A DNA stretch of 64,000 nucleotides from Phoronis australis (Eukaryota; Animalia; Phoronida): assembly GCA_002633005.1 (NCBI GenBank), contig NMRA01000014.1, positions 545,229 to 609,228 on the forward strand. Reading direction: 5' to 3'. Below the pieces are notes generated by a model. The model was given only the letters and a program-made list of their open reading frames with translations, was not told the origin of the DNA and did no database searches. Positions 50,608 to 63,214 of this stretch are shown one piece after another. A program made the translations under genes and the position numbers. Numbering within the stretch: position 1 is the first letter of the stretch; the number at the start of each line of letters is the position of its first letter.

Positions 50608-52749
50608 CTCAAAACCGTTGTTGTTTTCTTGAATATATGTTGCTACTTGCTATCATGGAGATCTATTTTTAAATGGTGTTTACAACTTTGGATTCTGGAG
50701 TCAAAGTACTCTATAGATTCTAGAAAATTCTGAGAACAAACCGTAACAGCCAGTGATATGATTTGATAAAATCACCTGGTTTTCATTAACTAATCACTAA
50801 ATAAGTAGCTTAAGTCAACAAGATATTTAGATGCGCTATAGTAGTCGAAGCATAAAGACTTGCTACAATGTACAGAGGAAATTGTACGACAGGAAGATTC
50901 TAGAAGGGATCTTGGCAAGGGCATGGGTTAACGAACATGAAGCTAACTAAGAGCTTGTCACTTGCATCGTGGGTAGTAAGATACTACCTGAAGTGTTGCG
51001 TCAACAGCCAGAGACTGTGACCAGCAAGAAGAATCGCGGGTAGAAGAAATTGCCTGCAAGTGTTGCATCACCAGAGACGGTGACCAGCAAGTACACCGTC
51101 GCTATACAATATGTGTAGTTCAAAGGTTCACCAATAGGACAGTCATCCAACAAGTGGAGAGTCCTAGCTTGGATAGCAGATAAGACATTTGATTATCTTT
51201 GTTGATTAAAGTAATCTTTAAATAGGGCGCTAGAGTAGTTACTCTTCTTTGTAGTTTATTACTTAATAAATAAACAACTTTCACTTGTCTAATTATGGGT
51301 TATCACATAACAAATTAATTACTGAATATAATTATTCACTCTCCATCTACGCACACTCTCAAAGCATAGCTACCTTTTAAACAAACCCACAGTCAATCGT
51401 CTGACACTTGAGGTTTCGGGTTGACTTAAGATGCATCTCAGTTGGAGTTTTAGAATCAGCAGTTGCAACGCTAAATAACTGAGAGTCAACTACAGCGATA
51501 CCATTCAACGTGTGTTAAACAATTGCTGGAGGTGTCTCAGGAGTCCGTAGCCAGTCAAGACCATGCAGCACTGGCTGGAGAAGAAAAAGGCATTCCATGG
51601 AAGTTTTGTTTGAACACGATTGTGTACATAGGGTTAGTGGATACCTGCTTCCACCCATTCGCAGGAAAACATGGCTACCTTACTGGAAGATGAGTGGTTC
51701 ATTCACTTTCTTGTCCCTTGATTTTATCTGGAACTTGCTTAGCTACATGTACATTCACTCTACAAATGCAGTAGGATGAGGTTTTGCGCCAACCTTTGTC
51801 CACATTTATGACAGTAACGTAGCAGAAGTTAGGACTCCTTCCACTTCGAAAACGGATATAATCAGAGTAAGGAATGGATCCACCTGGGGGAGGAATTGGT
51901 GGCGGTTGTGATTAATCCCCCATCACTAAAAATTCTACTTCACTTAACCTGTACCCATGACATCAGGTGAGCTGAGGGGCTCCGTGGGGTCTGGAATAGA
52001 TACTTTTTGGGTTGGTTTCAAACGCTTTTTACATGGAATTACTTCAGTATAACGTGCCTGATTCGGAAGCGACCTATCTGTGTAGGAGGCTGTACCGGTG
52101 TCACTGACATTCGATAAAGGAAGTTGATAAAACATAATACATACATTGACGTTATGGATAACCAAGAATCCCACTTGGTTCTGTATGTGATGAAATTTCA
52201 ACGGTTAAACGAGCAATCAAGCAGGACATCTGGACTGCAACGAAATTGGACATATTTTTCCAACTTGTTGTTAGTGTCGTCTGCAGTGGGTGTGCTTTCT
52301 CCTCAACCTGCAACAGTCGAAACTTCCACATCTGGTAGATTAAGACGAGAGCTCAGACAAGCTTAAATTAATTCAGTGGATCGGACTTAAAACAATCTTA
52401 AATTTTTGTCAAAACTGACTGAATACCAAATGAATTGCTCCAAAAGGACATCAAGTATTTTTGATAAAACATCACATCCTTTCCAGATTGATTCAAAATG
52501 TAACTTTGTATTACCTAACATATTCCCTGCCTGTATCACATCTGTTAAAACCCATGGAATACGTCAAGAGAAAAGATCCCAAGATATATTTTTTCATATT
52601 CCACAACAAGAATTACCATGAATGTACAAATCATGAAGTTGGGCTCACGCAATGAACAGAAACAAATAGAAGCCATAGGGTCTATCTATCATTGACTTTA
52701 ATTTGTTAGCAATTTTTTGAATATATATAACCTTTTCCATTATAAATTA

Positions 52750-53050
52750 TTCATGAGTTCCTTTTTTCAGCAAGGTTAAACAAAGGGTCATCTTTTCTTA
52801 TAGGAATGTTGTGACTGTGCAGTTTTGCAAGTCAAGAAATCGGCTATTTTTCATCTTTTCCAAAAAAGTTCATAGAAGATAAATTTAACGCTGTCCAAAA
52901 TTGAATGAATCTCAAAAAGAGTGTTATCATTTCAAGACCAACATAGATGAATTGAAACTTCTGGCTTCTTTTCAGAGTACACACACTGGTTTGAAGACAA
53001 GATGTCAATCTTACACAGGAAGTCATCGATACTAATTATTCGGTGAATAA
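52750..53050 (-). mobile_element. L1/Tx1-like ORF2 C-terminal Cys-rich remnant
   Basis: - strand DFLCKIDILSSNQCVYSEKKPEVSIHLCWS* resembles the L.K..I..S..C.FC....E...HLFW.C knuckle; strongly decayed. Confidence 0.4.
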
Positions 53051-53479
53051 GTCTTATCTGAAACCATGTCAACTTAACATCATTTAAAAAACTAACAGTC
53101 TGTGCATGTCTTTTTCCACTAGTAAATTGAAAATTAAATTTTAAAACAAAGATACCATAGATCTCTTAAGTTACATATTTCTTTGAAACTAAGTGGTTAA
53201 TTGCTTTTGATTGTGTGGAAGATGAACAACAAAGTGGGTGATTAGTGAACCATTCAGAAGTTTAAGATTGATTTTCGTAAATAAAGAAACGAAGTGAATG
53301 TCAGAGAGAAACGGAACGTTGTACAATGTATGGTAATCAAAATAAATAAAAAATAATAAACACTAATCTTAATGTACCCCTCAAGAGTCACTATCTGAAT
53401 GTCTGTATCTCAATTTAAACATAAAATGACACGTTTAGAACAAATTCAAACCTTTCGCAGTCTGTTAGGCCAGGACTTT

Positions 53480-54145
53480 AAAATTCCATGCACATGAACA
53501 TCTTTGCTGCACTCAAAGATTTTGATTTTCGTGCCCTCTGTTTGCCCGAATTCGAAAGCTTTGACGGATATTTTTCCTCTCTTATGTTTCAGTCTTTAGG
53601 GTAGGTCTGTTCTGAAAATCAGGCATTCGCCGGGAGAACGTTCCTTGCTATTCTTGAAAACCATGTCCCTGTCCATGACGCACGCGAATCGAATGGTTAC
53701 AGGGTCAGGTTTTCCTGGAGTGTGAGCCTTCCTGCAGGGAAAACAATGAAATGTGTGGTAAATGGTCTTCATTCGGAGTGTTTGTATCCGCAATAATGTC
53801 TAGGCCATTTTGTACATTGCTCTTGTTCGGTTCAGAAGCAAAGGTTATGTTTTCTAGATCTGTGTTCGTCTTCAAATTTGGCTTCTTCCAGTTGTGAAAT
53901 TTTGTCGCTCAAATTTTGGCGTTTACAATCACTACAGAATCGGCATTGTCATCTGCCTTGGACTCAGCCTCAATCAGACTCTACTAGAAACCCATGAACT
54001 TTTCTTATAGGGATTTGGCAGTGTCATCGATCTTGTTGGTCGAATTTGTCATTACTCTCAGCATAGGAGTTTCTGATTCCTCAAAATCAGTTTTACTCAT
54101 CGCGACAGTTGATTTCATAAGTGTATGACCATGGTTTCCTGCCAT
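53480..54145 (-). mobile_element. LINE ORF1 remnant (L1-type coiled-coil + RRM/CTD)
   Basis: - strand: KISQLEEAKFEDEHRSRKHNLCF...HCFPCRK...PDPVTIRFACVMDRDMVFKN...IFRTDLP. Confidence 0.55.
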
Positions 54146-55159
54146 TTTAGAACGCTAGCCTGCGGAGCGCAGATAAACTAAACGTCAACCTTATGCAAAC
54201 TCAAAACCAGAATTCCGAGAAGCAAATCTTACCCAACAAAACAAACCAGAATCGCATCATCTCACCTCAGAGCCCAGCATTCCGTGTGTTGCCATGTGCA
54301 TAGGATAACTATTGACCACACATGAGGCCAACGACGATCAAAAGCTTGACTGTGTTCACTACAGTAGTCAACGGCTTAAGTGGAAACCACAATGTAGTGA
54401 AAGGTGATAAAAGTTGGTGTTTCTTTTATAACGATTACTAAAAAATGTTTGACCCAATGGCAATAAGTTATTGACTGTAATTCAACCACTGTGTGACAGT
54501 AATTTTTTTCTGGAAGTGCCTCACCGTGACAACGTCCCATGAAGCCCCTATGGGACTTTTGTGGAGTCAGTAAACCTGTGATAATGGATTATACTGAAAG
54601 AACCAACTCTTCCATCCAAGTGACACCTTATACAACAAGTAATAAATAGAGATTCCCACAGGAGTCTCAGGTTTATGACCTTGACAAAACCTTTTGTAAA
54701 TTTCAAAAATCCTGAGGCTTGCCGATGCGTTACCCGTGTTATAAACCTGAAACGAGTGTAGAAAATGTTTTCTCACATGAACCGTAAAAACGATATTTTT
54801 GCCGAAAGTCCCAACCAGATAACGCAACTTTTGTAAACATACTCTTGTGCAGTGTAAAGTAACACCAGTTAGTTTTTGTTAATAATTTATTTTAATCTGG
54901 ACAATTGTAAATTGAATTTTAGTATTGTTACAAATGTTCAAGAATGTATTAAATACTCTTTGATGTTGTGATATTAAAACTTAACAAATGTTTATAAATA
55001 ACACAGGCAGCAGGGTTTTTCCACGTGTGGGCACTGAATTGACTTTGAAACAGAACAGATACAGTGTAGACATTCTCATCACGTAGTTTATTGAGTTAGG
55101 TCTTGTCCCCTTTTGAATGAACGTGGATATGGAATTCGCCGCCGAAGATGTGTCCAAAT

Positions 55160-58100
55160 GGGGCTATTCGGAAAATCTTCAATAACTAGAGGGCGTGCGT
55201 GTACTAGTGGTGATAGATTAACAGCCTCGATTTCGCGAGCCCTTTAAATACATGGTGAAATGGCTTGCAGCCGCGCCAACTGAATCTGAGATTGCGTAAA
55301 CAGGGTGCTTCTATGAGAGGAAGTAAGCACGACCTCATACAAAGGTAAGGTTTGTGATTATTTTAACGATTATTCCATGATTATTCTTCCGATGCCTGTT
55401 AACTGAGGCACTCGCCGATGTCGACTTCGCGGCAGTCAGTCGCCAGCCAGAGTCTGGTTAATCTTGTGATACGATACTTGACGTAGCAATCGGGATCTTT
55501 TCGTACATCAAAGCATTATTATTGTTTGGAATGTTTTCTAAAAGTTTATCAGTGACAGTTACATCAATCAATGCTGAATGTTTATGCTGTCAACTCGATA
55601 CAGGTTAATGAGTTAAGATTACAATCCAATCCCAATGGCAAAGGGTACGTGAGTGATAAATATCCATTGCATTAGACTATTTGTTTACTCCCTATCATAT
55701 GTCTTCTGGAAATCTATTACACGTTGAAATGGAAATCTATCACGTCAGTTTTCACGTAACCTTTGGTTTTTAGGTTTGAAGGCTTGTACCGTGCAGAGGA
55801 GATATGCATCGCTTCTGTACCGTCCCTGAATGGACAAAAATTGGTTTTTAGCATTTGACTGCAGCTAACCAACAAGATCTTCCCATCCAGTGCAGATCTG
55901 TTGTCAAAGCCTACTTTCAATATTGGAGACAACGAACAAAGCCTTTGAAAAGGAACAGCTATTTTTAAAGTCATTTTGTTAAATTACTTATTCAGGTCCC
56001 GAGGGAGGATTGGCATGGGGGGTTGTAATATTTGGTACAACTGAATGTGTGGAAATAACAGGTAATACATGTTTGGGGAAAAGAGCATGGTGAGGTAATT
56101 CTTAACCTTCACGAAGTCCCTTCAAGTTGATTTCATGAAACTGTTTTGCTACTTGTATCAATTGTAAAACCACGAAAATATATTACATTTTCCGAATTCA
56201 CAGTGACTGAATAGTCTTAACTCATGCCTTGAAATGTTGCAAGTCGTTATAAATTCAAATGACTGCCATTTTTGTGAAAATTGCATTTTTGATGGTGCCT
56301 TACGATTTGTAATTACTCTTAAACAACAGAAAGATTATCCATCATTTTTAAATGACCCAAGTCTTCATATCTTCTATTAGAAGAAAAACGGTTCCCTCAA
56401 CCTTAGGCTAGAAGTATGCTTGACAGACCCATGAACCTGTAATCTGAGTTTAAAATTGCTGAAAGTATCAAAATTAAAAAGGCTTGAAAATGGGTAACAA
56501 AGGTTTGAAGTTGTCTCAAAAAACTTGTATATTTTACAGACAAGTGATGCGTTTAAAGAATTGTTATGGCTAGGGATAAAAAATAAAGACACAGTTTTAT
56601 GCAATACTCATTATATACACCCTTGGTTTCTGAAAATAGTAATTATTTACTTTTATGTGAAACTGTAGACCAATCACCATATATTTTTGAAAAACAGGGA
56701 TAACATTTTTGATCCAATCTGGAGTACTTAATTATTCATATTTCAATATTTGTTCCAGGTTCAGTGACATTTTAAGACCACTTCAAGCAGTATCATAGAC
56801 AAGCTTTGTTACTCCGTTCTCTTCCCACAGCACTTCCACACACCAGCAGTGCTGCATGGCACAATGTGCAAGTCAGTGGCCCTGGAGAAATGTGAATCGC
56901 AGTACTAAGTTACCATAAGACAATGTGCCAGTGGAGTGTCTGTGTATCCAGACGAACTATATCTGACTGCTACACAAATAAGCCTTGTTGGTGAGGATGC
57001 CCTTTCATAGGCAATGAGTCATGTGTGGACAATAGCTTATTTCCTTTCCTGGAAGAAACATGAGGGACTGAAGCTAAAGAAGACCTAGTCACACTCTGGT
57101 CTAGTTCAGAGTCTGATTTTGGGCTCAAAACGATTCAAGTGATATGCTGCTGTGTTTACCTTCAAGGGTCTAATTGTGGATGTTATTGAGGCTGAATGAG
57201 GTTACATGAAAGAAAGCCACGTGTTGAAACTGGACCTTTTTTACAAGCGCTTCTATAGGCCATTGAAACTAGAACCCAGTGAAATGAAAGCCAAAAGCTG
57301 AGTGACATTAAATTTTCCTTTCAGAAGAAAGGCTTTATACTATTGGTAAAAACTTTTCAATTTGGTACAGATTATGGGGAAATGACATTCAGTGACTGCA
57401 TCGATTGTCTTATTGTATGTTTTCAATTGTAGCTAGCTGGATAAGAATCTGCTATGCACAAGATTCGAGAATAAACAATTATCAGTGTATTTAAAAACAA
57501 ATGGCAAACTGAAAAAGCACAGAAAGAAACAACATTGCGAGGGAGTCCATAATCAGGCATATCAGGTGCTGAATTTCTGAATTACGTTCAATTCTCTCAG
57601 GTTATTGCTGAAGGATTGCTTTTCACTTTGTCCAACGGTGAAATAGATGGTCAGGCGGTTGGTTTCAGTTGTTTTTTCTTGCCTGTAACAGAATAGAAAT
57701 ATTAGCAAATTGTAAAAGAAAAGACAAGACAAAACTACTTTTGTAAGGCAGAACATACTTGACATTTCATCTTCATGTTTATGTGTAGAAACTAATAACC
57801 TTTGTACCCAAGTCTTATTTAATATCTGAATTAAAATATGTGAAACAGGCTAAAAGTGATTTAACAATGTGTATTTTTCATGACACTTAAAATGTGCTTC
57901 TGATCTCAACAAGTAAAATTCATTCTAGGTGTCAATTTTTTTCCAATGCAATGTTACGACATTTACTGAATTAAGGCTTATTCATGTTAATTCGATAACT
58001 GAGCTGGTGGTCCTGGGGGTGGGGTCCACGATAAAATAAGGAAACTCACTCATCTAGAGAATTTTATTGGAAACAGCATAGTTTTGAAGAGAAACTGCTG

Positions 58101-58686
58101 TGAAAAAGTCACTCTTGACTTCTGTGCATCACGTACCATACACCTCTTATTTTGGGAGCACTCCCACCCAGGACAATATGAATATGTGCTGCAAGCCTAC
58201 CCGGCATCGGGTGAGTTTCCAAAAAGAAACACTTAGTTCCACTCAATAAAGCTGTTATTCAGTGGGGTAACTGGTGGGGATAACATCACCGAACGATGTT
58301 GATAGAAACTGATTGCTAAAAACTTACCAAGTAATGTTGTGTAGTCTCCGAATGGAACTGCATAGTCATACTAGTATATGCTAATTACTAGTATAGACAT
58401 AGAGCACACACGGGGCTTCAGCATCCACACACTTTTTGTCAGTTAGTTGACCCTGTTGACCGCAGTTGTCCACGAATATAGTAACCTTAGGTCTTTTGGG
58501 AATTTGTGTCCACCTGTCGAAGACTTGCACCAGGGAAATTAGCAGTAATAAGGCTTAGCGCGACGACGTATTTTGATAAAATTTCCATCTTTTACCAGTT
58601 GTTTACATGCAGACAGCCACGCATGCGCAATTCAATCACCACTAGTACAGCAGCGCCACCGCGAGGAGAATTCTCCGAATAGCCCC
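55160..58686 (-). mobile_element. ISL2EU-type (PHIS) DNA transposon with both TIRs and AT TSD; THAP and YqaJ remnants
   Basis: Ends are AT|GGGGCTATTCGGA and TCCGAATAGCCCC|AT. THAP on - at ~58330-58590 (YYC*FPWCKSSTGGHKFPKDLRLLYSWTTAVNR...RVCS). YqaJ-like exon on + at 56831-57265 (AVLHG...YPDELYLTATQISLVGEDAL...LKLKK...VFTFKGLIVDVI...KLDLFYKRFYRP). Confidence 0.8.
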
Positions 58687-59251
58687 ATTACGAAGTTACT
58701 TTCATGTCCTTCCGACACCCGATTTGTCAACCATTCATGTAACCTTGTCACCACGGAAATTTGGCACTATCTGCTTGTTGGTATTGGTGTTTTGCAGACG
58801 ATAAGTTGTAAGGCGCATGGATTTCTATTTTACACTAAAAAAATAACGCATTCGGTGTTATTTACCAGTCGTATCGTAACACATTGCAGTTCATGTGAAA
58901 AAAATGGAGCTTTGATAAAAATTCAAAGTGATTTGACACCGATTGGAGAGACAGGATGAAGCTTGTTGTTCATTTGACATCGTATCTCCGGAGTTGGAAA
59001 TGTTGACTACAACCAAGGAGTGTAGAACTTTATAAGAGTTCACTTGTGACTTTGCTGTTATCGCTAATACTAGCGCCGCCAAGTGATGAATACGTAATGG
59101 TCAAATAGCAAGGGTGAGAACAAAAATTGCACTAATTTATCCACGAAAACCTTAGAAGTATCATTTTTAGGTTTCCTAAGGATCCAGAAAGGTAAGAATA
59201 TCTGTTATCCGAATAATATGATACATTGCCTCTGATTTTGTGTGTTCTGTT

Positions 59252-59554
59252 CAGGGGCGGATCCAGAATTTTGAGTTAGGGGGGCCAGGGCACAGGATTA
59301 AGCAACAGTTCGGCAGATGCGCGCGCCCAGTCTAAAATCTGGGGATGCAGGGGTCTCGAATTCTTGACCTGTTGACTAAACAAACGGTAAACGAGGTTTA
59401 TTCAGGGCCTATGCGTTATTTATTCACCCCAAGCCCGCCCCCCCCCCCGGTTGCGCGCATGTGCTGGTCAGCAATTGGCACCCGAACTCACAAATGGGAT
59501 CTGGTAGAATTTTAGTGGGGCCATGACCCCCTTGGCCCCCTAAATCCGCCACTG
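59252..59554 (+). mobile_element. CAGGGGCGG MITE with 5-bp TSD CTGTT
   Basis: Ends are CTGTT|CAGGGGCGGATCCAG and TAAATCCGCCACTG|CTGTT. Confidence 0.8.
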
Positions 59555-61430
59555 CTGTTCACGGTTGGAAGACAAGTCGATCGCAGTCCCGGTGCCAATG
59601 CTGTCTGCACATTGCCGTGCAGGCTAGGCCTGCTGCACAGCCGGTCTGCCGTTGAAAGGACTATGATTTGCAGTCCATCTATTCCAAATCAAAATTTCAC
59701 CCGAACGATAGCAGGGATAATTTTATGAAAACATACCCATAGACATGGTCATTGGTCAATATGACAGGTGATACACACAATCGCAGCCACAGGGCCTCAA
59801 GTTTATCTATGTGTCAAGTTAGAGAATCTGTGGGCCTTGGTAAAAAGTGAAAACTTTGACATAATTTTAATGTGGCATTTGGCCCAAGCACAGTACGACA
59901 GGTCTTCTAGCACTAATGTAGTTTAGTGTAGGTTACCGGTCTTTTTTGTGGACCTGGTGAGTATGAGTTTTGTTCCCGAGTCTCGCATTGATTTCTGTTC
60001 ATGTGCTAGCGCTGGGAGCCGACCTTATTAGTAAAAATCTAGCCTACGTGTCCAAGAACTGGAATTTTATGTTTTCGTCACTTCGAGAAGTCCATATTCA
60101 TGGATGCTCGTATAAAGAACAAGCTGGTGTGGAATGTAGTATCAACAATGTTTGATGTTCCGAATCCACCGAGAACGAAGATGTCATAAAATTCTCTTGA
60201 AATTATATATATATATAACGGCTCTGGAATATACTTTTAGCATGTCTGATTATCGTCTCACAAGGAAAGTACTGGGACATCACGTGTACAAAGGGCAATT
60301 AGTCAAATTCTGTTTTTCATATCTCTACTAAGGTTGATCAGATTGAGACATTTATGAAAAAATAGCCGATAATTTGGAGGGAGCCAAAGTGAAGCTGAAC
60401 GATGTTCCAGAGTCTGAATGGAGGACTGAAATTTAGTAAACCTAAGCTATCAGAATCCGTTTGCTTCTCGATAACAAACACCCCTGTGAGTAAATTAGTT
60501 ATAACGCATTTCTTTGGTGAACAGAGCTGTTGTTTACTTGACTTGAATTAATAGAGTGAGAAGGTTGGTCGAATTTTCTTGTTGTTTTGGTGTATTTGTT
60601 GCCTATTGTGTATGTTGTTGGAGATTGTGCTTAATTTAGGCCTCAGTTGTGGATAGGTAACAGATATGATCTTGTGGTCAGGCTTTAACCTACCTGAAAT
60701 ATTTACTGTTATTGATAATAGGAACAGCCGGTATATAAAACAAAATTTTGGTCTTATCGTCCAAGTGTTTTCAGTTCATTTTGTATAAAGTTGTGTGGGT
60801 AGTGAATATTTTGATTGCTGTTCAATATCTCTTAAAACTTTTTGTCATGCCATTTTGAACTTTGAGTACAGTAGTTATGAGTGATGATATACTCAATGCT
60901 ACTTCGTTTCGTAAGTTGTGAAGTATTCTACTGATTAGCAACTGACTTGTAACTATTGGTGATAAAAGTGGGAGAATGGGGACTTTACCCTGTACTGGGC
61001 ATGTCTCTATTGTTCTAGAATTATATGTGAGAGTGCATCAGAAGGGATTACATGTTTGTGGTAGTGATGAATTGCCTTGCTTTCTTCTTCCTACTTGTGT
61101 AATACCCACTGCACAAAATAATTGTCTGCATTGCTAGAACCCTGTTACATTGAGTAGGGAATACATACGAAATTGTTGGCTGAAGATGAAACCAGCAGTG
61201 ACCTGGGAGCAACATGTTGTCAATGGTCAGAACAGCAATCAAAATTTGTGACGTTGGTTTTTACCTGTTTAACACTCCTCCCATGTAACCCCCGGGTGGG
61301 GTTCACACCCACTTGGCACCCATCTGCTTTCTACCTGGGGGGCCAACTCCTCCCTCAACCGGCCCCAGGAGCAATCTTTCAAATTAAGAAGTCCATGGAC
61401 GTATGAACTGTTATAAGGAAAGATAATTTG

Positions 61431-61525
61431 CCTTCAAAAGCCGTCATGGTTTTGCTTCATGTTTGAGTTTTTAATAAGTTATTAAAAACTCAAACATGAA
61501 GCAAAACCATGACGGCTTTTGAAGG
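61431..61525. repeat. Perfect 95-bp palindrome (47-bp arms, 1-nt centre)
   Basis: ccttcaaaagccgtcatggttttgcttcatgtttgagtttttaataa-G-ttattaaaaactcaaacatgaagcaaaaccatgacggcttttgaagg. Confidence 0.97.
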
Positions 61526-62042
61526 AGGCTTCAAGAGAATGAAAGCAAATACACTTCAATACTAATTAATACACAAATTTTAATCTCATTCGATTATTAG
61601 TGGATGATAGTTTACGTATTTCAATCATTTTCAATCACACAGTAATTTTATTGCACGTCCAACTTTATTAAAGTATGAATTTATCAGCGTTCACATGGTT
61701 TGAACTACGCTATATTAGTGTTGCTTATTAGCCGCTTAGGGCGCTAGCTTTTGACCGATCATCATTGCGGTGAATGGCAAGATGGCGGAGAGAACTCCCC
61801 TACACTTCTACACTCCTTGCTACTACTCTTTGGTCAGTCATAATTCTTGATAATAGCTTGCATATTATTGAAAATGTTAGCTAAACGCGCTTCATTCTGC
61901 AGGTTGTTTTTTCCGAGTGTGATGGAATTTATAAATACACCTGTAATGGTGCCAGAAATGCCTAGCAATATCAGGTGGAATAGAATTTCTTCATTTCAAA
62001 CTGAAAAGTGCGCAGATTGGCATTTTGTTTTATTTTCTTCAG

Positions 62043-62321
62043 CATTGGCTATGCCTGGAACTATAGCTGTCTTGTCAAGCACGAACACTTCATTGACACT
62101 ACAATGGGGTGCTGCAGCGGGTAACAAGGACGGATACAATCTAACGTGCTTAAGCGATTGGTTCCGTTTTCCGGCGAAATCGTTTACAGGAATTTTTTCA
62201 ACGGAAAACGGCACGTGTACGAATCTGACTTCTGGACTGTTGTATCAAGTCACTGTCGCAACAGTTCAAACTGGTTTTGACGACAGTGCTCAAAAAGTGC
62301 TCAGGAATGGAGTATGGACGG
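62043..62321 (+). CDS. Internal exon encoding one fibronectin type III domain (receptor PTP-like or other FN3-repeat surface protein)
   Basis: Acceptor ttttattttcttcAG and donor GTGAGT bound a 279-bp symmetric phase 1-1 exon. It encodes PGTIAVLSSTNTSLTLQW...DGYNLTC...CTNLTSGLLYQVTVATV, with the FN3 W/Y/L..G..Y pattern and several NxS/T sites. Confidence 0.85.
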
Positions 62322-62615
62322 GTGAGTGCAAGTAAAGCCTGTTTCCACCTGTAAACATTATTAAATGAACGTTGTTTTAAGATTTTAAGATTGCCATTGC
62401 ATTATAACAACATGGCTGTTTAGGTTTCCGCTTAGCGTCCGCAAATAAAGAGTGTGGTGAACTTTTAACAGGCATTGGAGGACCATGGTTTCGTTTGTGA
62501 CCAATTCACTTTTTGAAACTACCATGAAACAAGGTTCAGTGACAATTCAACAAGGCAGTAATCATCACTGCTGCCCACTAGAGTTTACGGGTTCCCAAAA
62601 ATAAAACGTCAACTA

Positions 62616-62863
62616 CAGGGGCGGATGTAGGATACCATAATGGGGGGCAACACGTTGCCTCGGGGAATTGGGAAAAGAGCGATTGTGTCTTATCGTTGGA
62701 CTAAAAAACACGGTTGTTGGGGCGGTGGGCTCAGACGGCGGACCGGTCCTAGATGCTGAACTCAATATTTCCTCACGGTCCGTGCTGTTGCTGCTTCATT
62801 TTCCTTGCGGCAGCCAAAGGGGGTGGGGGGCAGGCCCCCTGGGCCCCGATAAATCCGCTTATG
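62616..62863 (+). mobile_element. CAGGGGCGG MITE with near-perfect 5-bp TSD
   Basis: Ends are AACTA|CAGGGGCGGATGTAG and TAAATCCGCTTATG|AGCTA. Confidence 0.7.
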
Positions 62864-63214
62864 AGCTACATCTCGTAACGTGCAATCTCACAGACTATCC
62901 CACATTTAATAGGCGCAATTTGCTCCTTGTAACCGTTTTAGAGTCAAATGTTGAGTTCATAGATAGTTTGAATGTAGCCTTGTTCAACTGTATATGAAAA
63001 TGCACAAGGCATGATTTGTTATTTTTCTTCAAAAAACATAATTTTATGGGCATTCGATAAACATTTCCATTACAAAAGATATCATCTAATCTTGGTCTCA
63101 GGAAAAACAGACAGATTGCACCACACGGTATGTATCCACCTTGGTTGTGTTTCGCGCAGCTCACGATGAGAGGGATACCGGCTTGCTTCTCTATTTATCG
63201 AGTCATCCCATACA

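Larger units (their letters stand above)
50359..50661. mobile_element. Penelope-like inverted pseudo-LTR insertion with 14-bp TSD
   Basis: Absent from the 17686-18558 LTR copy. Flanked by TCTATTTTTAAATG at 50345-50358 and 50662-50675. Has ~95-bp inverted arms. Confidence 0.8.
50222..51406 (+). mobile_element. Solo LTR of the same Gypsy family, with 5-bp TSD CTTGA and an internal insertion
   Basis: Reverse complement of 17686-18558. CTTGA sits at 50217-50221 and 51407-51411. The copy ends CTGACA. Confidence 0.9.
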
